Assembly: GCA_031264785.1 (NCBI GenBank) | Contig: JAISDN010000058.1 | Location: 1 to 39,743 of the forward strand | Length of the DNA stretch: 39,743 nt | Reading direction: 5' to 3' | Source: Candidatus Nomurabacteria bacterium | GTDB lineage: Bacteria; Patescibacteriota; Saccharimonadia; Saccharimonadales; Saccharimonadaceae | Shown: in pieces, positions 9,188 through 14,915 of the stretch | How the letters are laid out: each line of letters starts with the position of its first letter | Numbering within the stretch: position 1 is the first letter of the stretch | Notes under the pieces: generated by a model | Seen by the model: the letters and a program-made list of their open reading frames with translations, nothing else | Told to the model about the DNA's origin: nothing | Database searches by the model: none | Program-made: the position numbers and the translations under genes

Positions 9188-9263
9188 GGAGCCATAGCTC
9201 AGCTGGTAGAGCACGGGCCTTTTAAGCCTGGTGTCGCGGGTTCGAGCCCCGCTGGCTCCTCCA
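9188..9263 (+). tRNA. tRNA-Lys (anticodon UUU), CCA encoded
   Basis: Folded by hand: acceptor GGAGCCA/TGGCTCC, D arm GCTC-AGCTGGTA-GAGC, anticodon arm CGGGC-CTTTTAA-GCCTG, variable GTGTC, T arm GCGGG-TTCGAGC-CCCGC, discriminator T, then CCA. Confidence 0.93.
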
Positions 9264-9312
9264 AAAACAGACTTTTTCAGAAACCGCTCGTTTTGGGCGA
9301 TTTTTGAAAATG

Positions 9313-9340
9313 CCGCGCTTCTGCAAGAAGGGCGGTTTTT
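9313..9340 (+). terminator. Intrinsic terminator after tRNA-Lys
   Basis: CCGC-G-CTTCT gca AGAAG-G-GCGG followed by TTTTT. Confidence 0.7.
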
Positions 9341-9351
9341 AAATAAAAGTG

Positions 9352-9380
9352 TTGACGTATTGTAAAGGGTGTGATATACT
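9352..9380 (+). promoter_or_regulatory. Near-consensus promoter driving the large ncRNA
   Basis: TTGACG (9352-9357), 17-nt spacer, TATACT (9375-9380) preceded by TGa (extended -10). Confidence 0.7.
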
Positions 9381-9393
9381 TTAGGTAGAAGTT

Positions 9394-9824
9394 GGAGTGG
9401 GGAGTTAAACTTGCATCTCCGACTTAGATTAGTGGCCGCCGTAGGGGAGAGGCCACAAAAACAGAGGGGGTAAAATGGCGTCTGCCGCGCAAGCTGAGTT
9501 GTATACCCTAACGGGCAACGGCAACAGTTTCCAACGCGGCAGCGCCGGAATGAAATGCAGATTATTCTGCTTTTATTCCGGCGCTCGTTGCTACATTCGA
9601 GCGTTACTTTTTACTGCCTTCTGGGGCTCGTGGTGGCGCAAGTCGCCACGAGTCCCAACCTGAAATTTCCCGTCCGGGAAGCACCGTCAAGGGGCGAAAG
9701 CCCCACACATTTTTTCCCCTTTCGAAAAAAGCAAATTGACTACAGACGGTGCTCCCGGTCGGGACGAGGGCTGGATAGACAACTTTATCCAATCAATAAG
9801 ATTCTATTTCTAGCCCTTGCTCCT
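9394..9824 (+). ncRNA. Large structured RNA (~430 nt), tmRNA (ssrA)-like layout but atypical; identity unconfirmed
   Basis: Has its own promoter (9352-9380) and a 12-bp-stem terminator (9830-9866). Many helices (coordinates in findings), including an H-type pseudoknot at 9416-9456 followed by an A-rich linker. A short Ala-rich frame (9515-9553) has its stop inside a helix. GAC/GGAC motifs and a terminal 7-bp helix (9394-9400 with 9817-9823) abut a 5-bp stem, as in a tRNA-like domain. The ORFs here (62 and 95 aa) have implausible composition. Confidence 0.5.
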
Positions 9825-9829
9825 TCCCC

Positions 9830-9866
9830 GAGGCCAATGTGATTACACATTGGCCTCATTTTTTTT
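9830..9866 (+). terminator. Strong intrinsic terminator of the ncRNA
   Basis: GAGGCCAATGTG atta CACATTGGCCTC (perfect 12-bp stem) followed by A and T8. Confidence 0.85.
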
Positions 9867-9880
9867 GCTACAATATATCT

Positions 9881-11389
9881 ATGTTCGGTTGGCGATTTTG
9901 GTTTCGACGGATTCATATTTCTTGGCTGGTGGCCGGAGTTTGCGCTGGATTTTTGCTGGGCGTGGGCCTGTGCTTGATCCCGGCGACGGCGGTTTTTGGC
10001 ACCAAAATCTGGCTGATTTTCGGCTTGCTGTTGCTACCGATTATTTTTTATAAACAAAAAACTTGGATGATGATTTTGGCAATTCTGGCCGGCAGTTTTA
10101 TGGGGCTGTTTCGCGGCACGGCGGAACGAGTGGCCTTGAGCGACTATGGCCAGTTTATTAACCAGACTTTGACGATTTCTGGCAAGGTTTTTGAAGATCC
10201 TGACTTGGGTCTGTCCGGCGATTTGCGGATGCGCTTGGTGGAGGTGGAAATCGACGGTCAAAAACTGCCCGGTCAAGTCTGGACTAGTATCATTGGCGCG
10301 CGGCCGGAAATCCGGCGGTCAGACACGGTTTTTATCACCGGCAAGCTGAAAAATGGTTTTGGCACTTTTCCGGCCAGTATGAGTTTTGCGAAATTGGACA
10401 AAGTTGAAGCTGGCGTGGGTAACGATCCGGCGCGGGATTTGCGCGACGAATTTTCTGAACAATTAAGTTATTCAGTTTCTGGTCCGGCCCACGATCTGGG
10501 GATGGGCGTTTTGGCAGGGCAGAAAACCGCTCTGCCCAACGACATTAGCGAAGCTTTTCGGATTGCCGGTCTGACCCACATTGTGGTGGCCAGCGGCTAT
10601 AATTTGACAATTTTGATTCGGTTTTCGCGCCGGCTGTTCGCCAGAATCAGCCGGCTGGCGGCGCTGCTGGGCGGCGGCACAATGGCGCTGGGGTTTGCTT
10701 TTGTGACTGGTTTTTCGCCCAGTATGATGCGGGCGGGTTTGGTGGCCGGCCTGAGTTTGCTAGCTTGGTTTTATGGTCGAAAATTCCATCCGGTGGTCTT
10801 GATTTTGTTGGTGGCGGCCGCCACAGTGGCCATCAATCCGGCCTATGTTTGGGGTGACGCCGGCTGGTATATGTCGTTTTTCGCCTTTGCCGGCATTCTG
10901 ATTTTGGCGCCGCTTATCAAAGCTTATTTTTGGGGCGAAGCGCGGCCCAAGCCGAAAATTAAATTGCGTCACAAACGACCGACAGCAATTTTGACCTCGC
11001 TGCGCCAAGTTTTTATCGAAACTATGAGCGCCCAAGTTTTGACTATGCCAATTATCGCCCTGATGTTGGGGCAGTTTGCGCCTTATGGGATTTTGGCGAA
11101 TCTGCTGGTGCTACCGCTGGTGCCGCTAACAATGCTGCTGACTTTTTTGGCCGGAATTATTGGCGCGATTTTGCCAAATTTGGCCGCGTTAGCCGGTTGG
11201 CCAGCCCAAACTTTGCTAGACTATATCATCGGTGTGTCGCAAGCCGTGTCGAATATTCCCGGCGCGGCCCAAGAAGTCAATTTCGGGGTCAGCTGGTTTG
11301 TGATTTCAATAACGATTTTGCTGGCGCTACTGATTTATCTACGCCTCAAAACTAAACATAATTTGCGCGAAGATAATATTGTGGCCTAG
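9881..11389 (+). CDS. comEC: ComEC/Rec2-family DNA internalization channel (short form, no beta-lactamase domain)
   Basis: Polytopic membrane protein with GLTHIVVASGYNLTIL (competence-domain motif). I prefer the ATG at 9881, because the track start at 9839 lies inside the upstream terminator hairpin. TGcTACAAT (9866-9874) sits 6 nt before this ATG. Confidence 0.8.
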   Translation: MFGWRFWFRRIHISWLVAGVCAGFLLGVGLCLIPATAVFGTKIWLIFGLLLLPIIFYKQKTWMMILAILAGSFMGLFRGTAERVALSDYGQFINQTLTISGKVFEDPDLGLSGDLRMRLVEVEIDGQKLPGQVWTSIIGARPEIRRSDTVFITGKLKNGFGTFPASMSFAKLDKVEAGVGNDPARDLRDEFSEQLSYSVSGPAHDLGMGVLAGQKTALPNDISEAFRIAGLTHIVVASGYNLTILIRFSRRLFARISRLAALLGGGTMALGFAFVTGFSPSMMRAGLVAGLSLLAWFYGRKFHPVVLILLVAAATVAINPAYVWGDAGWYMSFFAFAGILILAPLIKAYFWGEARPKPKIKLRHKRPTAILTSLRQVFIETMSAQVLTMPIIALMLGQFAPYGILANLLVLPLVPLTMLLTFLAGIIGAILPNLAALAGWPAQTLLDYIIGVSQAVSNIPGAAQEVNFGVSWFVISITILLALLIYLRLKTKHNLREDNIVA

Positions 11390-11982
11390 CTTTTTCGGCG
11401 CATAAAGCCGGAAATGCCGTGTTCGCAAGCTCGGCTAATAAACTTGGCCAAGTTTTCGGTGTCGCTCCGGATGCGGCCTTGTGTCCATAGCACAATTGTG
11501 CCAATGACGCCGCTAGTGTAAAACAACCACAAACTTTCCAAAGTTTTGGGATTGTCGCAGCGGAATTTAGTTTTCCAATAATCGATGCATTGATCGTGAT
11601 ACATATATAATATGCGTTGCACGGTGTTGTCGTCTTTATGCGCAAACACCACCCGAGCTACGTCGCGGTGTCGGTCTATGACCTCCAAACACATCCGAAC
11701 CACTTCATCGGGATTTTTTATTGCCGGCATGGCATCTATTGCTTCCTCGAAGTCAGCCATAACTTGACTTTCGATGTAGTCAAACAACTCGTTGACACTT
11801 TTATAATATTTATAGAAAGTTGTGCGATCGACACCCGCCACTCGACACAGATTCTGTATCGTGATGTTGTCGATTGTTCTGCTTTGGAGAAGCTCCGTCA
11901 GACCCTTGCGTAACTTGCGTTTGCTGCGGTTGACTTGTGCGTTCTCCCTGATTTTAGTACCATTATTTTTCATAATGTTCAT
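11386..11982 (-). CDS. TetR/AcrR-family transcriptional regulator
   Basis: N-terminal HTH LLQSRTIDNITIQNLCRVAGVDRTTFYKYYKSVNELF. The start could instead be the second ATG (11973), because a TTGATT-17-TAAACT promoter abuts the first ATG. The stop overlaps the comEC stop (CTAG). Confidence 0.85.
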   Translation of the reverse strand: MNIMKNNGTKIRENAQVNRSKRKLRKGLTELLQSRTIDNITIQNLCRVAGVDRTTFYKYYKSVNELFDYIESQVMADFEEAIDAMPAIKNPDEVVRMCLEVIDRHRDVARVVFAHKDDNTVQRILYMYHDQCIDYWKTKFRCDNPKTLESLWLFYTSGVIGTIVLWTQGRIRSDTENLAKFISRACEHGISGFMRRKS

Positions 11983-12138
11983 AGTTTAGCGCACTTTTAA
12001 ATAAAAATCAACACTTTGTTTAGTTTTTCCACAGATAATAATTATTTTGTTGATTTTCCTCTATAAATGGCAAAAACGCGTCGATTGTGGTAAAATTAGC
12101 CTAAAAGTATAAGAAAATATGGAAAATAGGAGAAAAAT

Positions 12139-12849
12139 ATGAGTGGACATTCCAAATGGTCAACGATAAAGCGCCAAAAAGCCGCAACCGACGCCAAACG
12201 CGGCGCGATTTTTACCAAAATTGGCAATCAAATTGCTATTGCGGCGCGGGCCGACACCAATCCGGCGACTAATTCGTCTCTGGCGCTGGCCATTGAAAAA
12301 GCTAAGGCAGCCAATATGCCGACGGCCAATATTGAGCGGGCAATTTCAAGAGTTGCCGATAAGTCAGTTGCCGCCCTAGAGGAAGTTACTTACGAGGCCT
12401 ATGGTCCGGCTGGTGTGGGGATTATTATCGAGACTGCGACCGACAACCGCAACCGAACTTTTCCAGAGGTGCGAACGGCGCTAACCAAAAACGGCGGCAC
12501 CATCGCCGAGCCGGGCAGTGTGGCTTTTCAGTTTACGCGCTCCGGCGTGATTCGAGTGGCGGCCAGCGGTGAAGAAGCCCTGATGACGGTGTTAGAGGCT
12601 GGCGCGGCCGATGCGGTGGAGGAAGAGGGCGAAATCGTGGTTTATACTAGCGCTAAGGAATTAGCTAGCGTGCGTCAGGCCATTATTGACGCTGGTTTAA
12701 CAGTGTCGGACGCCGGTTTGGAATACGTGCCGAAGGCCAATGTGGAAGTGGCGGACGCGGCGGCTTCGGAAAAAGTTATTAAGTTACTCGACGCGCTGGA
12801 CGATTTGGACGACGTAACAGCGGTGCACAGCAATGCCGATTTGGTGTAA
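12139..12849 (+). CDS. yebC: YebC/PmpR-family DNA-binding regulator
   Basis: MSGHSKWSTIKRQKAATDAKRGAIFTKIGNQIAIAAR is a diagnostic N-terminus. AGGAG RBS. Confidence 0.92.
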   Translation: MSGHSKWSTIKRQKAATDAKRGAIFTKIGNQIAIAARADTNPATNSSLALAIEKAKAANMPTANIERAISRVADKSVAALEEVTYEAYGPAGVGIIIETATDNRNRTFPEVRTALTKNGGTIAEPGSVAFQFTRSGVIRVAASGEEALMTVLEAGAADAVEEEGEIVVYTSAKELASVRQAIIDAGLTVSDAGLEYVPKANVEVADAAASEKVIKLLDALDDLDDVTAVHSNADLV

Positions 12850-12919
12850 CTAAGTCACATCGACAAAAACTACAACTTTAGGTGTCGAACTTGAGTTCGG
12901 CATAACATAGACGCAAAAG

Positions 12920-12946
12920 CTAGCACTCGACTTGCACGAGTGCTAA
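12920..12946. promoter_or_regulatory. CIRCE-type inverted repeat (HrcA operator) overlapping the clpP -35 element
   Basis: CTAGCACTC-gacttgcac-GAGTGCTAA versus the CIRCE consensus TTAGCACTC-N9-GAGTGCTAA: 17 of 18 arm positions match, with an exact 9-nt spacer. Confidence 0.8.
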
Positions 12947-12960
12947 TTTTTTGCTATAAT
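12932..12960 (+). promoter_or_regulatory. clpP promoter
   Basis: TTGCAC (12932-12937), 17-nt spacer, TATAAT (12955-12960) with an upstream TGc. The ATG lies 6 nt downstream. Confidence 0.7.
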
Positions 12961-12966
12961 GGGGAT

Positions 12967-13557
12967 ATGAAGAATTATTTAGTGCCCACAGTTGTGGAAA
13001 AAGGTTTTGACGGCGAGCGAGCCTTTGATATTTATTCGCGACTATTAAAAGATAGGATTATTTTTCTTGGTGAGGAAGTCAATGAGCACACCGCCAATCT
13101 GGTGGTGGCGCAGCTGCTTTTCTTAGCCAGCGAGGATCCGAAGGCCGACATTAGCCTGTATATAAATAGTCCGGGCGGCAGCGTTTATGACGGTTTGGCG
13201 ATTTATGACACAATGAATTTTATCAAGCCGGACGTGGCGACTTATGGCATTGGCCTGCAGGCTTCGATGGGGGCGTTTTTGCTGTCCAGCGGCGCCAAGG
13301 GCAAGCGCCATATGCTGCCCAACGCCAAAACGATGATTCATCAGCCGTCCTCTGGCACAAAGGGGCAGATTACTGATATGGAGATTTCGCTGCGTGAGGG
13401 ATTGGCCCTGAAAGACAAATTGGCGGAGATTTTAGCGAAGAACACCGGTCAAAAACTAGCCAAAATCAAAGAAGATATGGAGCGCGACCACTGGCTAAGG
13501 GCTGAGGAGGCGGTGGATTATGGGCTGGTGGATGAGGTTTTGAAGAGTAGTAAATAG
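12967..13557 (+). CDS. clpP: ATP-dependent Clp protease proteolytic subunit
   Basis: VPTVVEK...[37 protein letters not shown] (catalytic Ser), MIHQPS (His). I prefer the start at 12967 (MKNYLVP); the track start at 12940 lies within the promoter. Confidence 0.93.
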   Translation: MKNYLVPTVVEKGFDGERAFDIYSRLLKDRIIFLGEEVNEHTANLVVAQLLFLASEDPKADISLYINSPGGSVYDGLAIYDTMNFIKPDVATYGIGLQASMGAFLLSSGAKGKRHMLPNAKTMIHQPSSGTKGQITDMEISLREGLALKDKLAEILAKNTGQKLAKIKEDMERDHWLRAEEAVDYGLVDEVLKSSK

Positions 13558-13558
13558 C

Positions 13559-13572
13559 ATTCGTCATTCTGG
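13559..13572. repeat. 14-bp direct repeat ATTCGTCATTCTGG (left copy), part of the GTCATTC repeat family
   Basis: An identical 14-mer recurs at 14662-14675. Together they bracket the 320-aa ORF. Confidence 0.85.
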
Positions 13573-13578
13573 TCGCAC

Positions 13579-14541
13579 TTAATTATTCTCGCGCGCTCTG
13601 TCGTAGGCGGCATTGAGATAAGCCTCGCGGGCATTTAGAGCCAGCTTGTAGCTGTCTGGGACGGCTTCGGGACCATGATTATTAAGCTGGTACTTGTTAC
13701 TACCGTCATATTTATCTTTCGTACCCTCGCTCAAGATCCTATCCACGTCTCGGAGAATACCGTCATAAATCTCGCGTTGCTCCTTGCTTAGTGCTCCTTC
13801 AATAGGTTCAAGGGCTTCGATGGCCCCTTCTATTCGTCTTTTCAAAGCACTGGCCATGCTCACTACGGTCACTCGACGGTTGAACTTGCTATCATTGCCA
13901 CCGCTAAAATTAGTATAATCTCCTTCTAAACCCCGTGCCAAGTTGACGATTCTATCACTTGCTTCAACGGTTAGCGCTTCCTCTTGTGCCACAAATTCGT
14001 TTAATGCTTCGCGTAGTTCGCTGGCCTCTTCGGGATGATCTTTTTCCCATCGCCCTACCGCTTCGTCTCTTTCCTCCAGCTCAGCGAGTTTTTCAGCTAA
14101 AGGCTTATATATTTCACGACCTGACTTATGCCATGCCTCAAAATAGGCCTCATCTCGACCACGCCCGTTTATCTCTTTATCTAACATTTTTTTTACAGTG
14201 TCTTTATCCCCGCTCCTTCGGGCTTCTCTAAAATCATCCGCGTAGTTACGTGGCCTATCATTTCTTCTTTTTGTGGCATAGCGCCAATCATGAGGCCTAG
14301 TGTTTTCAATATCTCTACCATAGGTATTTATCGCACGTTCTAACTTATAATTTATGGTGTCGGTGTTTACCGGTTCATCAAAAGTCGGCCGCTCAATTCC
14401 CAATGTGTCAAGCGTTTTCCCAGCTATCTCTATCGGGGGGGGGGCACTTGTTTCTTGTTCCGGCGCGACCGGTTCTTGCTCAGTCATAATCGCTTCAGGT
14501 GGTTTTTCTGGATTATTTGCATTAAATTCATTACTACTCAT
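13579..14541 (-). CDS. Hypothetical charged, mostly helical protein (320 aa); no recognisable domain, TM segment or signal peptide
   Basis: Long ORF with an AAGGA RBS and an upstream TTGACT-17-TAAGAT promoter (minus strand, about 14575-14605). Contains a C10 tract encoding PPP at residues ~33-35. Confidence 0.7.
   Translation of the reverse strand: MSSNEFNANNPEKPPEAIMTEQEPVAPEQETSAPPPIEIAGKTLDTLGIERPTFDEPVNTDTINYKLERAINTYGRDIENTRPHDWRYATKRRNDRPRNYADDFREARRSGDKDTVKKMLDKEINGRGRDEAYFEAWHKSGREIYKPLAEKLAELEERDEAVGRWEKDHPEEASELREALNEFVAQEEALTVEASDRIVNLARGLEGDYTNFSGGNDSKFNRRVTVVSMASALKRRIEGAIEALEPIEGALSKEQREIYDGILRDVDRILSEGTKDKYDGSNKYQLNNHGPEAVPDSYKLALNAREAYLNAAYDRARENN
14435..14444. repeat. Homopolymeric G10 (C10 on the coding strand) inside the 5' part of the 320-aa ORF
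   Basis: tatcGGGGGGGGGGcact, counted directly. It reads GCC CCC CCC CCG on the minus strand. Confidence 0.95.
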
Positions 14542-14653
14542 AAATTGTCCTTTTCTTTTTGTTTTTAATAAGATTTATGTGTTCATCTTAGCGAAATAAT
14601 TTAAAAAAGTCAACAGTTTTATCTAAAAGTGTTGGATGGGCTAGGGGGGGCAG

Positions 14654-14725
14654 CAAATAGGATTCGTCATTCTGGATTCCGCGTCAAGCGCGGAATGACT
14701 GAGTTGCTATTTGGAATGACGGGAT
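14654..14725. repeat. Composite palindromic repeat of the GTCATTC/GGAATGAC family
   Basis: CAAATAG-GATTCGTCATTCTGGATTCCGCGtcaaGCGCGGAATGAC-tgagttg-CTATTTG-GAATGACGGGATT. Nested inverted repeats, preceded by a G7 run at 14644-14650. Confidence 0.75.
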
Positions 14726-14761
14726 TAGTAAAAAACTTGTGGAAAAAGTTTGATAAAAGGC

Positions 14762-14790
14762 TTGACTTGGGGCGAAAAGTGCTATAAAAT
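14762..14790 (+). promoter_or_regulatory. rpoB promoter
   Basis: TTGACT (14762-14767), 17-nt spacer, TAAAAT (14785-14790), then a ~120-nt leader with an AAGGAG RBS. Confidence 0.6.
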
Positions 14791-14915
14791 TGGCTTAATG
14801 AAGCAGTGAATTTCAGGTTTTTAAAATACCTCCGTGGCGGGAGGGTTTTTGCGCGTCTGAAAGAGGGTCTTTGTTCGCCGAAATATATATTTAAGGAGTG
14901 AAGGAGTAGTTTTCT

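Noticed and set aside
9394-9824. RNase P RNA, SRP RNA or 6S RNA as the identity of the large RNA
   Set aside because: I could not find the RNase P P4 strings (GAGGAAAGUCC / ACAGAAxCCGGCUUA) or the SRP domain IV hairpin (GGAA tetraloop with AGCA/GGA loops). The length is wrong for 6S or 4.5S RNA. Resemblances such as GUCCGGGAAGCACC are better explained by the long-range helix 9674-9688/9745-9758. This still needs covariance-model confirmation.
9475-9842. 62-aa and 95-aa ORFs inside the ncRNA region
   Set aside because: They have implausible Cys/Phe/Trp/Arg-rich composition and no RBS. They also overlap extensive RNA secondary structure, and the region has its own promoter and terminator consistent with a non-coding transcript.
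9839-9880. Longer N-terminal extensions offered by the ORF track (comEC 9839; clpP 12940; wHTH 3372; methyltransferase 36276; YbhN-like 36118; sortase 38401; ftsA 24635)
   Set aside because: The extensions run through terminator hairpins, -10 boxes or the divergent neighbour's coding region. They add non-conserved residues, and the internal ATGs have proper promoter or RBS context.
11386-11389. Overlapping convergent stop codons (comEC/TetR at CTAG; small ORF/pcrA at 31614-31617)
   Set aside because: This is a real but trivial consequence of compact gene packing. No hairpin or regulatory element is associated with it.
12037-12046. AATAATTATT palindrome between the TetR gene and yebC as a TetR operator
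   Set aside because: It is a 10-bp AT-only palindrome in an AT-rich intergenic region, which is expected by chance. I found no second half-site pattern.
14829-14850. Hairpin CCTCC-gtggcg-GGAGG plus T5 in the rpoB leader as an attenuator
   Set aside because: The stem is only 5 bp. It is plausible as a weak attenuator or an anti-SD-like element, but too weak to call from sequence alone.
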